Below are positions 12,754 to 26,221 of a DNA stretch of 64,000 bases, piece after piece. Made by a program: the position numbers and the translations under genes. The notes under the pieces were generated by a model. It was not told the DNA's origin. It did no database searches and saw only the letters and a list, made by a program, of their open reading frames with translations. Source of the stretch: Heterodontus francisci (taxonomy: Eukaryota); contig NC_090387.1 of the NCBI RefSeq assembly GCF_036365525.1, forward strand, positions 90,003,691 through 90,067,690, written 5' to 3'. Every line of letters starts with the position of its first letter. Position 1 is the stretch's first letter.

Positions 12754-14650
12754 CACTCAGCAGGTTTGGCAGCATCTGTGGAAAGAGAAGCAGAGTTAAA
12801 GTTTCGGGTCAGTGACCCTTCTTCGTAACTAGCAAATATTAGAAATGTCAAAGGTTATAAGCAAGTGAGGCGGGGATGGGGCAAGAGATAACAAAGGAGA
12901 AGGTGTAGATTCGACAAGGCCACATTGCTGACCAAGAGGTCATGGACCAAAGGCAAACAATATGTTAGTGGTGTGTTGAAAGACAAAGCATTCGTACAGA
13001 TTGGGTGTTAACGAACTGAAGATTGAACAGCAGCAAGTACAAAGATGAAAATAAAAACAGTGGGTAAGCAAACTGAACAAACTACAATGAAGTGAAATAA
13101 ACAAAAGAAAAAAATTGTAAAAAATAAAAAATAACTAAAAATGAAAATAAAATGGGGGGCCCGTCACGCTCTGAAATTATTGAACTCAATGTTCAGTCCG
13201 GCAGGCTGTAGTGTGCCGAATCGGAAAATGAGATGCTGTTCCTCGAGCTTGCGTTGATGTTTAGTGGAACACTGCAGCAATCCCAGGATAGAGATGTGAG
13301 CATGAGAGCAGGGGGAATGTTGAAATGGCAAGCAACTGGAAGCTCAGGGTCCTGCTTGCGAACTGAGCGGAGGTGTTCCGCAAAGCAGTCACCCAGTCTG
13401 CGTTTGGTCTCCCCATTGCAGAGGAGGCCACATAGTGAGCAGCGAATACAGTATACTACATTGAAAGAAGTACAAATAAATCGCTGCTTCACCTGAAAGG
13501 AGTGTTTGGGGCCTGGTATAGTGAGGAGAGAGGAGGTAAATGGGCAGGTATTACACCTCCTGCAATTGCAGGGGAAGGTGCCATGGAACGGGGATGAGGT
13601 GGTGGGGGTAATGGCGGAGTGGACCAGGGTGTCGCGGAGGGAATGATCCTCCACCATTTCTGCTGCCTCCAACGTGATGCCACTACCAAACGCATCTTCC
13701 CCTCCCTTCCCCTGTCAGCACTCTGAAGGGATCGTTCCCTCCGCGACACCCTGGTCCACTCCTCCATTACCCCCACCAACCCGTCCCCGTCCCATGGCAC
13801 CTTACCCTGCAATCGCAGGAGGTGTAATACCTGCCCATTTACCTCCTCTCTCCTCACTATCCCAGGCCCCAAACACTCCTTTCAGGTGAAGCAGCGATTT
13901 ACTTGTACTTCTTTCAATGTAGTATACTGTATTCGCTGCTCACTATGTGGTCTCCTCTACATTGGGGAGACCAAACGCAGACTGGGTGACCACTTTGCGG
14001 AACACATCCGCTCAGTTCGCAAGCAGGACCCTGAGCTTCCGGTTGCTTGCCATTTCAATACTTTCCCCTGCTCTCATGCTCACATCTCTCTCCTGGGCTT
14101 GCTGCAGTGTTCCAGTGAACATCAATGCAAGCTCGAGAAACAGCATCTCATTTTCCGATTCGGCACACTACAGCCTGCCGGGCTGAACATTGAGTTCAAT
14201 AACTTCAGAGCGTGACGGGCCCCCCATTTTACTTTTATTTTTAGTTATTTTTTATTTTTTATTATTTACATTTTTTACAATTTTTTTTCTTTTGTTTATT
14301 CAATTTCATTGTAGTTTGTTCAGTTTGCTTACCCACTTTTTTCATGTTTGCACTTGCTGCTGTTCAATCTTCAGTTCGTAACACCCTATCTCTCCTAATG
14401 CTTTGTCTTTCAACACATCATTACATATTCTTTGACTTTGCTCCATGACCTGTTGGTCAGCTGTGTGGCCTTGTCCAATCTACCCTTCTCCTTTGTTATC
14501 TCTCACCCCACTCCCGCCTCACTTGCTTATAACCTTTGACATTTCTAATATTTGCTAGTTCCGAAGAAGGGTCACTGACCCAAAACGTTAACTCTGCTTC
14601 TCTTTCCACAGATGCTGCCAGACCTGCTGAGTGGTTCCAGCATTTCTTGT
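12754..14650. mobile_element. Penelope-like element 3' part (GIY-YIG endonuclease) as a head-to-head fold-back; left terminus continues at 9298-9352
   Basis: CNRRRCNTC and NVVYCIRCSLCGLLYIGETKRRLGDHFAEH...VACHFN...GLN; arms 12754-13649 (-) and 13729-14633 (+). Confidence 0.92.
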
Positions 14651-15135
14651 GTAATGGAATACTCCCCACTTGCCTGGATGCGTGCAGCTCCAACAACACT
14701 CAATAAGTTCGACACCATCCAGGACAAAGCAGCCCGCTTGATTGACACGCCAACCATTTCCTCCACTACTGACGCACAGTGGCAGCAGTGTGAACCATCT
14801 CCAAGATGCACGACAGCAATGCACTAAGCCTCCTGAGATAGTACTTCTAAACCCGCGACCTCTAACAACTAGAAGGACCAGGGCAACAAATGCATGGGAA
14901 CACCGACCACCTGCAACATCCCCTTCCAGTCACACACCATCCTGACTTGGAACTATATCATCATTTCTTCACTGTCGCTGGGTCAAAATCCTGGAACTTC
15001 CTTCCTAACAGCACTGTGTGTGCACCTATCTCACATGGACTGCACCAGTCCAAGAAGGCAATTAGCGATGGGCAATAAATGCTGGCCTAGCCAGCGATGC
15101 CCACATCCCATGAATGAACAATAAAACAAAAAAAA
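14651..15135 (+). mobile_element. Second non-LTR family (CR1/L2 superclade) 3' fragment
   Basis: MEYSPLAWMRAAPTTLNKFDTIQDKAARLI; tail gatgggcaataaatgctggcc...cccatgaatgaa plus poly(A). Confidence 0.8.
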
Positions 15136-15219
15136 TCTGTGGAGGGACGAAAACAGGGTGAAGGTGATCTTTCATCAGAACAGCCAAACGTTAAAGATGA
15201 AACAGATTCTAACATTTGA

Positions 15220-15820
15220 ATGTAAATCAGTTTGTGAGCAGTGGCAGGTATTTAAGGAGGAGAGAGTGGATTCAGAATAAATAATTTCAGAGGGAAAAAA
15301 GGCGGTACTCTCAAATCTAGAACCGCCACCCCTTCTCTCCACCCCTGCTTTCCCGTATGTTAATGAGCAGAGAGGGTAGGATAATATAAAAATGTAAGCT
15401 CCTGTCAGTTACAGAGAGCTCAATACTGCAAAAGCCTCGAGGAGGCTAGAAAGTGCAGGGGCGAAATTAAAAAGGAAATTCGGAAAGTAAAGCAGGATCA
15501 CGAAAAATCATTTGTAAGTAAAATCAAGGATAACCCAAAAATCTTTCATAAATGCATAATGAGCAACAGAATAACTGAAGAAAGACGAGGGCTGATTACA
15601 AACCAAAAGAGTAACGTGTGTGGAGGTGGGACTCGTGGGCATGCTTCTTATTGAGTACTGTACGTCAGTTTTTCCGAAAAGTGGGGCAATGCAATCCTTG
15701 TATTTAAGGAGGAGAAGTGTGAAATATTCGATGGCCTATTGAATGGTTCAGCATCTCTGAAAGAGGATAAATTACCAGTCCCGAATGAAATGTATCCCAG
15801 GTTATCAAGAGGAAAACTAA
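15220..15820 (+). mobile_element. Degraded CR1 ORF2 fragment
   Basis: EQWQVFKE, KIKDNPKIF, PNEMYPR remnants. Confidence 0.65.
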
Positions 15821-15829
15821 ATTGTCTGA

Positions 15830-18800
15830 AGACTTGCATCATTGACGCTGGGGACCTCCGGTGGTCTCCGACATAACCATCCACCCAGCACTGCTGGCTG
15901 AAAGCTTCAGTCATCTCAATTGCAGCGATGTGCTGGGCTCCTCCATCACTCAGGATAGGAATGCTTTAACAGCCTCTTTCCCACGTTAGTTGTTTAACTG
16001 TCCAGTACCATTCAAGAATCGATGTGGAAGGCTTGCAGAGCTTTCTCCAGATCCGTTGGTTGTGAGATCACTTAGCTCTGCCCATCACATGTTAATTTTG
16101 CTATTTAGCACGCAAGTAGTTCTATGTTTTAGCTTCACCAGGTTGGCACTTTATTTTAAGGTATAGCTGGTAAAGCTCCTTGCATGCTGTCCTACACACC
16201 TCATTAAACCAGGATTGATCCCCAGGCTTGATGCACATGTTAAAGTAAGAGATATGCAAGGCTTTGAGGCTACAGATTGTGATTGAATATAATTTTTCTA
16301 GGGCTGATGGTGCATAGATCCTAATGGATGCCCAGTCTTGAACTGCTAGATATGTTTATTTTTATTTTATTTAATTAGAGATACAGCACTGAAACAGGCC
16401 CTTCGGCCCACCGAGTCTGTGCCGACCATCAACCACCCATTTATACTAACCCCATATTCCTACCACATCCCCACCTGTCCCTATATTTTCCTACCACCGG
16501 CCTATACTGGGGGCAATTTATAATGGCCAATTTACTTATCAACCTGCAAGTCTTTTGGTGGTGGGAGGAAACCGGAGTACTCGGCAAAAACCCACGCAGA
16601 CACAGGGAGAACTTGCAAACTCCACACAGACAGTACCCAGAATTGAACCTGTGTCGCTGGAGTTGTGAGGTTGCGGTGCTAACCACTGCGCCACTGTGCC
16701 GCCCTAGGTAGCACCACACAAAATGTTGGAGAGTATTCTCAGTATAAAGACGGGACTTCATCTGTACAGGCTTTCTGTGCTGGTCATTCCTATCAACACT
16801 GTCATGGATAGAAGCATCTGTGACAGGTAGATTGGTGTATGATGAGGCCAAGCAGGTTTCTCCCTTCTGTTGATTCAATCATCACCTGCTGCACGCTCAG
16901 TCTCATGATATGTCCTTCAGGAATCAGCCACCTCTGTCAGTAATGGTGCTACTGAGCACACCTGGTGATAGACATTGAAAACCCCCACCCAGAGCAATTT
17001 CTATGTCCTTGCTCCCACCAATGCTTCTTCCAAGTTCAAAATGGAGGAACACTGATTTATTAGCTAAGGGAGAGTTTTTTTTAAAGTTCTGTTTTGGGAC
17101 GTGAACATTGTTTAAAAGACCAGCATTTATTGCCCATTCCTAATTGCCCTGAGAAGATTGTTGTCAGCTTCCTTCGTGAACTTCTGCAGTTCATGTGATG
17201 TGGGCACACAAAGAGTGGTGATAAGGATGCATTCCAGGATTTTAACCCAGCAACAACGAAGGAACACTGATATAGTTCCAAGTCAAGATGGTGTCTCACT
17301 TGGAGTGGAACTTGCAAATAATGGTTTTTCCGCGTGTCTGTTGTCCTTGTTCTTCTAGGTGATAGAGTTCACGAGTTCGTAAGGTGCTGTCAAAGGAGCC
17401 TAGGCGAGTTGCTGCTGTGCATTTTGTAGGTACACTCTGCTGAAATTGTGTGCCAGTGATGGAGTAAGTGAATGTTTAAGGTGGTGGATTGGGTGCTGAT
17501 CAAGGAGGATTCTTTGTTTTGGATGATGTCGAGCTTCCTGAGTGTTGGTGGAACTGCACTCATCCAGGAAAGTGGAGAGTATTCCCCACACTTCTGACTT
17601 GTGCCTTATAGATGTTGGACATGCTTTGTGGAATCTGAAGGTGAATTACTCGCCACAGAATTCTCACCCTTTTATTGATTTCACAGTATTTATATGGCTT
17701 CTCCAGTTAAATTTCTAGTGAATGCTAACCACCAGGATGTTGATGGTGGGGGATTCAGTGACGGTAATACCATTGAATATCAAGGGAAGATGGTTAGATT
17801 CACATTTGTTGGAGAAGGTCATTGTCTGATACGTATGTGGTGCGAATGTTATATGAAACTTCAGAGCCCAAGCCTGAATATTGTCCAGGTCTTGCTGAAT
17901 GTGGGCACTGACTGCTTCAGATCTTTAGTTGCAAATGGTACAGAGCATCGTGCAATCATCAGTGAACATCCTCACCTCGGAACTTATATTGGAGGGAAGA
18001 CTATTGATGAAGAATTTGAAGATGGTTGGGCCTAGGGCCCTAATTTGGAAACTTCTGCTGAGATGTCCCGGGGCTGGTAATTAGCAGGAGGTTTCGTTGC
18101 CCGTGTTTGAACTGGCGCCATGAGACTTCAAGCTGCCTGCAGTCAATGTTGAGGACTCCCACTGGACAGTATTCTCAGTATGAAGACGGACTTGGTCTCC
18201 ACAGGGACTATGTGATGGTCATTCCTAACACCACTGTTATGGATAGATGTATCTGCGACAGGTAGATTGGTGAGGATGAGGCCTAGCAGCTTTCCCCCTT
18301 GTGTTGGTTCACTCTTCACCTGCTGCAGGCCCAGTCTCGAGATATGTCCTTCAGCAATCAGCCAGCTCGGTCAGTAATGGTGTTACCAAGCACTCTTGGT
18401 GATGGACATTGAAAGCTCCCACCCAGAGCACATTCTGTGCCCTTGTTACCCTCAGTGTTTCTTCCATGTTCAACATGAAGGAGCACTGATTCATTAGTTG
18501 AGGGAGGGTGTTTTCTTTTAATTCATTCTTAGAATGTGAACGTTGCTGGCAAGGCCAACACTTATTGCCCATTCCTAATTGCCCTTGAGGCGATCGTGTT
18601 CAGCTGCCTTAGTGAACCTCTGCTGTCATGTTGTGCAGGTACACAAAGAGTGAAGTTAGAGAGGGAGTTTCAGGATTTTGACCCAGCAGCAGTGAAGGAG
18701 TAGCGATATAATTCCAAATCAGGTTTGTGTATGACTTGGAGGGGAACTTGCAGGTAGCGGTGTTCCCGTGTGTCTGTTGTCCATGTTCTTCGAGGTGATA

Positions 18801-18965
18801 GAGGTCATGTGTTCGGAAGGTGCTGTCAAAAGAGCCTAGGCGAGTTGCTGCTGTGCATTTTGAAGATGGTATACGCTGCTGACACTGTGTGTGGGTGGTG
18901 GAAATAGTGAATGTTTAAAATTCTGGATTGGGCGTCGACGAAGGCGGCTCCTTTCTCTTGGATGG
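15830..18965 (-). mobile_element. Stacked fragments of the second non-LTR family
   Basis: Repeated tails (cagcatttattgcccattcctaattgccc) and endonuclease/RT remnants (NVLWVGAFNVHHQE). Confidence 0.7.
16355..16704 (-). mobile_element. HE1/V-SINE-like SINE
   Basis: Full copy of the same family. Confidence 0.9.
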
Positions 18966-19560
18966 TGTTACAGCCAAGTGAGAAATTTGTTTAGGAGTCT
19001 TTTGCTGTCTTCACCTGGTCTTAGTGTAATAGGGTTTAATCTTAAATGCACTGTGCTGTGAGCTCCCTTTTTTGTTCACAGATTCCAATTATAAGGCAAA
19101 TAAATGAGCACACCAGGTTTTCTCAGGTTTAAAGAAGTAAACCTGAAATGTAGTAATCCTAACATCAACTCTGATAAGGTTCACACCTACGGATATACAA
19201 CGCACCCACGCTAGCATGCAAATGCAATATATACATGCAGTTAGCAACAGAAAAGAGAATTAAAGAAAAGGTGGAGCAGTTTGAGGCAATATCTTGTTTG
19301 GTGCTTCGAGCTCACCGTTTAATCCTTTTGTAAGTAGTCTTGCTTTCATCATGGCCCAGTGTTCTACTTAAATTTTGTTCATGTAGGAGACTTTTCTCTC
19401 TTTGAGTTTCACATGTTTTCACAAGATTCAGCTCCGTGGGAAGGAAATGGAGCAGGTAGACAGGAGAAGCGGTAATTCTTGCTTCAGTGCCAGGAGCACA
19501 TGGCGTTCTGAGTTCAAGTCCTTTGTTGGAAATTCAAATTCACAGACACTCCAGCCAGCT
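18966..19560. mobile_element. Possible LTR-like fragment
   Basis: Begins abruptly with TGTTACA at a LINE breakpoint; no matching CA end or TSD found. Confidence 0.25.
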
Positions 19561-19564
19561 ATTC

Positions 19565-21640
19565 AGGCATGATCCCATATTTCTCACCCTTAAACTGAAT
19601 GTGAAATTCGATCATGTTATAATCGCTTCTGCCTATAGGATGCTTTACTGTGAGGTCTTTAATTAATCCTTTCTCATTACAAAATACCAGGTCCAAAATA
19701 GCCTGGTCCTTGGTAGGTTCTCGAATATGTTTTACGAAGTAACTGTCCCGAATATGAACTCATCCTCCAGGCTACCTTTGCCAATTTAATTTGTCCAATC
19801 GATGTGAAGATTGCAATCACCCAAAAGTTTTGCCGTACCTTGCTTGAAATCTCCCAATATTTCTTGATGTATACTATGTCCTACTTTGTAGCTACTGTTA
19901 GGGGGCTTATAGACTACTCCCACCAGTGACTTCTTTCCTTTGCTTCTTCTTATCTCCACCCAAACTGATTCTACTCCATGACCTTCTGAACCAAGATCAT
20001 TTTTCACTGTTGTACTGATAGCATCATTTATTAACAGACCTTTGCCAACTCTTATTTCCTTTCCCCTGTCCTTTCGAAATGTTAAATACCCTTGAATATT
20101 CAGGTGCCCTGCTAATATATGAGCCCCAACACCATGAGTTCATATCTTGTGTAGTAACCTTTTATGTAGCACCTTATCAAATGCCTTTTTGAAATCCAAA
20201 TACATTATGTCTACTAGTTTCCGTTTATCCACCCTGCTTTATACATCCTCAAAGAACTCTAATAAATTTGTCAAACACGACTCAAGGCCCAAACTTAGTC
20301 ACTTTACAACTATGTCTCTGTAATTGCTATCATATCATACTCAGTTTTTTTTTCCATTCGTGATATCAAATCATCCATGTTGTTATGAATGCTGCGAACA
20401 TTCAGATAAGGAGCTTTAATTATGTATTCATACCATTTTCCCTACTCTGACCTGATTTGCTGTTGTGTTTGTACATTATGTCCCTTCCTGTCACACTCTG
20501 TTTCTCATAACATGTATCATTGCCTTGCACTGTTTCCTTCTCCTTTCTCTTTAACTTTCCAAATCTCCCCTCTAGAGAACCCTCTCCCCCCAACTTATTC
20601 CTTTAAAACCCTCTCCCCTGCCCTAGTTATATGGTTCTCCAAGACACTGGTCCCAGCATGGTTCAGGTGAAGACTATCCCAGTGGTACAGCTCCCTCTTT
20701 CCCCAGTACCAGTGCTCATGAATCAAAACCAACTTCTCCCACACTAATCTTTGAGCCTAATTGTATTGTGACTTTCTAGATGTTCTGCTACTACCTCTTT
20801 AATAATGGATTCTAGCATTTTTCCAATGACAGATGTTAGGCTAACTGGCCTACAGTTTCCAATTTTCTGACTTCCTCCTTTATTGGTCAGAAATGTTACA
20901 GTTATTTGCCCGATGCCAATTTGCTCATGGCTCAGGTAGTAACCAAAAGAAACATTTCCTTCGTGATTCTGCTCATAATCCCTCAGCAGAACCTCTTTCT
21001 GAGCCCTACCTATGTCACTGGTATCCACGTAGACCACGGCAACTAGATTCTTTCCTTCCCACTCCAAGTTCCTCTCCAGCCCCCAGAAGATGTCCTTAAC
21101 CCTGGCGCTGGCAGGCAACACAATCTTTGGGACTCATGCTTTCAACTGCAGAGAACCAGAGAACCATATCTATGCCACTAACTATATTGTCCATTACTAC
21201 AACTACATTCCTTTTAACCCCCCCCCCCCCCCCCCCCCCACTTGAATGGCCCTTGCACCATGATGCTATGGTCAGTTTGCTCATCCTTCCTGCTCTCATC
21301 CACACAAGATGCAAGAACATAGAACCTGTTGGACAATTGCTTCTCCAATACTACCTTCTGAATGCCCATCTCTTGTAGTCACATCGTCCTGTACCTGACC
21401 ACATACCAAATCAGAAGTACCTAGACCAAGGGATGTGTCTGCCTCCTAGAACAAAGTATACCTTTCCCCCTCCCTGATGCATCGCAGCGTCTGAAACTCG
21501 GACTCCAGCTCATAAACGCTGAGATGGAGTTCCTCAAGCTGCAGACACTTATTGCAGATATTTTTGTTATATATCACATAGGCGTCCACCAGTTCCCACA
21601 TACTACAGCTGCAGTACATCACCTGCCCTACTATCTTTAC
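19565..21640 (-). mobile_element. Degraded CR1 fragments (endonuclease, RT piece and ORF1 esterase/zinc-finger region)
   Basis: VESVWVEIR...VGVVYKPPNS...GDCNLHIDW; LPASARVKDI...VYVDTSDIGR. Confidence 0.75.
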
Positions 21641-22289
21641 TGTGTTTAAATTAACAAATTAGATTTAGAAGTATCACTCAACAATTATCTGTAGTTATAT
21701 CAATTGGTTTAAGTAGTTAAACTATACATTTAATGCAATGCTTATATCGCCCCAGTACCCGTTAAACTACTACCATATTTAGGGAGAGAAAAAAATACTG
21801 AAAGCTCACCAACCACTCACCTGCCTTCTCACCTAATTAATGCTTCCGGGCTTCAGTTCTCTCGTCTCGCTGCTGGGCTCCAATTCCCTTTATCAACCTA
21901 CTGCTTTTTTGTAAAAAGTCAGACAGCACCGACCCCCCCCCCCCACCCCCCCCCCCCCCCCCACCACACCGTATTGCCACACTTACGAAAACAGGAAATT
22001 CAGGAGTAACGTTTTCAACTAAAACCTTTAACAACATGGAATAGATCATTGAGATAGAAGGTGGAACAAACAACTTTAATCGAATTCAGGGGTTGTCAGA
22101 AACTTGGCTAGGTGAGTTAAATGGACTGAAGATTGTTACCTTCTCAAACCTGTTAATAAGTAATAGGGTGGATAACTTGCTTAGTGTACTATGTGTGATG
22201 AGATATTGAACCTAATTATAATGGAGTGATAATACTTTGCACCAAGAGCAGAGAGGAAATATTTGTTAATATTCTTTTTTTTTAAAAAA

Positions 22290-24150
22290 ATCATTCATGG
22301 GTTGTGGGCATCGCGGGAATGGCTAGAATTTATTGTCCATCCTTAATTGCCCTTGAAAAGCTGCTGATGATCCACCTTCTTGAACCTCTGCAGTTCGTGG
22401 GGCGGTGCTACACCAATAGTGTTGTTGGGAAGGGAGTTCCAGGATTTTGACCCAGCGACAGTGAAGGAACTGCAATATAATTCCAAATGCGGATGGTGTG
22501 TGGCTTGGAGGGGAACTTGCTGCTGGTGATGGTTGTGATCCCACGCATCTGCTGACCCTGTCCTACTAGGGTATAGAGGTCGAGGGTTTGGAAGGTGCTG
22601 TTAAAGGAGCCTTGGTGAGTTGCTGCATTGCATCTTGTCGATAGTACAGACTACTGCTACTGCACATCAGTGATGGAGGGAGTGGATGTTGGTGGTGGTG
22701 GATGGGGTGCCAATCAAACGTACTGAATTTTCCTGGATATTGTCGAGCTTCTTGAGTGTTGTTGGAGCTGCACTCATCCAAGCAAGTGGAGAGTATTCCA
22801 TGATATCCCTCACTTGTGCCTTGTAGATAGTGGACAGGTATTGGGAAGACAGGAGGTGAGTTACTTGCGGCAGAATAACCAGCCTCTGATTTGTTCTTGT
22901 AACCACAGTATTTATGTAGCTTGCCCAGTTCAGTTTCTGGTCAACGGTAACACACAGGATGTTGATAGTGGCGGAATTCAGCGATGGTAATGCTATTGAA
23001 CAGCAAGAGGAGATGATTCGATACTCTCTTGTTTGAGATGGTCATTGCCTCGCAGTTGTGTGGCACGACTGTTACTTGCCACTTATCAGTCCAAACCTGG
23101 ATGTTGTCTAGGTCTTTCTGCATATGGACATGGAGTGCTTCAGTATCTGAGAAGTCTCTTATAGTCCTGACCATTGTACAATCATCAGTGAACATCTCCA
23201 CTTCTGACCTTATGATTGAAGGAAGGTAATTGATGAAGCAGCTGAAGAAGGTTGGGCCTAGGACACTAACCCAAGGAACTCCTGCAGCGATGTCCAGAGA
23301 CCGAGATGATTAAGGTCTACCAGCCACAACCACCTTACTTTGTGCTGGGTGTGACTCCAACCAGTGAAGATCTTGCCCCTTGATTCCCATTGATTCCAGT
23401 TTTGCTAGCGCTCCTTGATGCCATACTTGGTCAAATGCTGCGTTGATATCAAAGGCAGTAACTCGCAATTCACCTCTGGAATTCAGCTCCTTTGTCCATG
23501 TTTGGACCAAGGTTGTAATGAGCTCACGGGCTGAATGGCACTGGCGGAATCCAAACTGAGCGCCAGTGAGCAAGCTATGGCTGTTCAAATGCTACTTGAT
23601 AGCACAGTCAATGACCCCTTACATCACTTTACTGAAGATCAAAAATAGACCGATTGGGCAGTAATTGGACGGGTTGAATTTGTTCTGATTTTTGTGCTCA
23701 GGACATGCCTGAACAATTTTCCGCATTGCCAGGTAGATGCCAGTGTTGTAGTTGTACTGGAACAGCTTGGTGAGAGGCGTGGCTCATTTTGGAGCACAAT
23801 GCCAGAATGTTATCAGGGCCCATAGCCTTTGCAGCATCCAGTGCCTTCAGACATTTCTTAGTATCACGTGGAATGAAACGGATTGGCTGAAGACTGGCAC
23901 CTGTCATGATGGGGACTTCAGGAGGAGGCCGGGATGGATCAACCACTAGGCACTTCTGGTTAAAGTTGGATGCAAATGATTCAGCCTTGTCTTCACAATC
24001 CATATAAATAATTTGGATGTGGGAACGAAATGTAATATTTCCAAGTTTGCTGATCACACAAAATGGCATCACTGTGGGTATTCCTCAGGGTACTGTCCTA
24101 TTTCATCTTCAGCTGTTTCGTCAATGACCCTCCTTCCATCATAAAGTCAG
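22290..24150 (-). mobile_element. Second non-LTR family, RT to 3' end
   Basis: KAMGPDNI, QFGFRQ, FDINAAFDQVWH, MFTDDCT, YKAQVRDIMEYSPLAW. Confidence 0.85.
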
Positions 24151-24156
24151 AAGAGA

Positions 24157-24330
24157 TAATAAAAGCAAAATACTGCGGATGCTGGAAATCTGAAATAAAA
24201 ACAAGAAATGCTGGAACCACTCAGCAGGTCGGCAGCATCTGTGGAAAGAGAAGCAAAGTTAACGTTTCGGGTCAGTCACCCTTCTTCCAAGAAGAAGGGT
24301 TCCAAAGAAGGGTCACTGACCCGAAACGTC
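24157..24330 (-). mobile_element. Short Penelope terminal fragment folding back at a hammerhead-like motif
   Basis: aaaagcaaaatactgcggatgctgg...tttcgggtcagtcacccttctt followed by an inverted gaagggtcactgacccgaaacg. Confidence 0.75.
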
Positions 24331-24434
24331 TCCCCCCGCCATTTCAGCCCACAACAGGAGCCCTGCATCCTCCACAAAATCAAACCGCTCATCTTCACAA
24401 TTCGTCTGTTTTGTTTATATTTCAACCAAGGTGT

Positions 24435-24754
24435 TTATTTTAATTTTAGAAATGCAGCACTGAAACAGGCCCTTCGGCCCACTGAGTCTGTGCCGACCAA
24501 CAACCACCTATTTATACTAACCCTAAAGTAATCCCATATTCCCTACCGCCTACCTACACTAGGGGCAATTTACAATGGCCAATTTACCTATCAACCTGCA
24601 AGTCTTTGGCAGTGGGATGAAACTGGAGCACCCGGCGAAAACTCACGCAGTCCAGGGAGAACTTGCAAACTCTGCACAGGCAGTACCCAGAATCGAACCC
24701 GGGTCCCAGGAGCCGTGAGGCTGCGGTGCTAACCACTGCGCCACTGTGCTGCCC
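24435..24754 (-). mobile_element. HE1/V-SINE-like SINE
   Basis: Full copy of the same family. Confidence 0.9.
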
Positions 24755-24769
24755 TTACAATGAAGTCTG

Positions 24770-25750
24770 GAATCAAACAGCTGCGGCAGAACCCAAACTG
24801 AACTTTAGTGAGCTGGTTATTAGTTAGTAATGCTGCTTGATGACACAGTAGATGCTAACTTCCATCACTTTGGGGATGATTGAGATTAAATTGATGGAAT
24901 GATAATTTGCTGAATTGAATTTGTCCTGGGACAGGCATACCTAGGCAATTTTGTGCAGTGGATGCTAGTGTTGCAGCTATACTGGAATAGATTGGCTAAG
25001 GGCACTACTACGTATGGAAGGCAAAATCTTCAGCACCACAGCCAGGATATTGTTGGACCTTTATTCAGTGTGCTCAGCTGATTCTTGATATCACATGGTA
25101 TTGGCTTAAGACTGATCTGTGATGGTGAGAAATGTGGGGTGGTCACTCCCACCAATCATGTCAGCAACAGATGCATCGGCAACAGCTGCATTGGTGAGGA
25201 TGAGGACAATAGTTCCCCCCCCCCCCCCCCCCACCTTCATGTTACTTCTCTCACCACATGTCACAGGCCCAGTCTATCAGTTATGTCCTTAAGGACTTGG
25301 CCAGAATGGTGATAATCATTAAAAGCTCTCCCCATCCCCACCCAGACGATATTCTGTGCCCTTGCTGCCCTCTGTGTTTCTTGCAAGTGGTGTTCAACAT
25401 GGAGGTGTACTGATTCATCAGCTGAGGGAGGTCGGTAGGTAGTGATCAACAGAAGCCTTTGCTTGACCTGATGCCATGAGAATTCATGGAGTCTAAAGTC
25501 AACGTTGAGGACTCCCACTACCACTCGCTCCCGACTGCATACCACTGTGCCAGCCACAGTGCTGGGTCTGTCCTACCGGTGGGACAGGACATACACAGCG
25601 ATGGTGATGGAGGAGCCTGGGGACAATAGTTGATGAATCTATGCGTATGACTATTTCTAGCTTTTGCTTGAACGGTCTGTGGGACAGCTATCCCAATGTT
25701 GGCACAATTACCAAGAACGTTGTGAGGAGCACATTTCAGGAACGATTCGC
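24770..25750 (-). mobile_element. Second non-LTR family fragments (endonuclease region)
   Basis: LLLITTYRPPSADESVHLHVEHHL...AQNIVWVG. Confidence 0.7.
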
Positions 25751-25754
25751 CGGA

Positions 25755-26221
25755 TGTTGGAGAAAATCCAGATTGTGCCCAATTGTTGAACAAATTCTCC
25801 GGACTCAGACGTTGAGAATCAAACCCTTTATTGCATGATATCATGGGGGAGCACACCTTACCTAAATGCGGTCCAGCGCTACTCCCAAAGAGCTACAGAT
25901 CGCCGTGGATTTATATAGTATAAAAAAGGTAGAGCTAACAGTTTCACAATTAGATAAGCACCCACAAGACTGCCAACGTAACGGTGCACCATGCAGGGTC
26001 CGAGGTCAGCGAAACATCAGTTTCAACAATAACAAGCTAGTTCCTTAATTCAATGCCCACTCCAGACACCATATCTGGCCGTAATGTCTGATTGTGGTTA
26101 GCTGCTCTGTCTACAATTTATGACCGTTGGTTGTGGTTAGATTAGCTACAAGCTGTGTCCTGTTTTTCTGCTTCTACAAAGTTACGTAATAATTAGCAAA
26201 GCTAAGAAAATTTCTCCAACA
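25755..26221 (-). mobile_element. Solo LTR (467 bp)
   Basis: TGTTGGAGAAA...TTTCTCCAACA 11-bp inverted termini; flanks ccgga/ccggg (5-bp TSD, one mismatch); on the - strand TATATAAA (25917-25910) followed by AATAAA (25832-25827). Confidence 0.82.
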
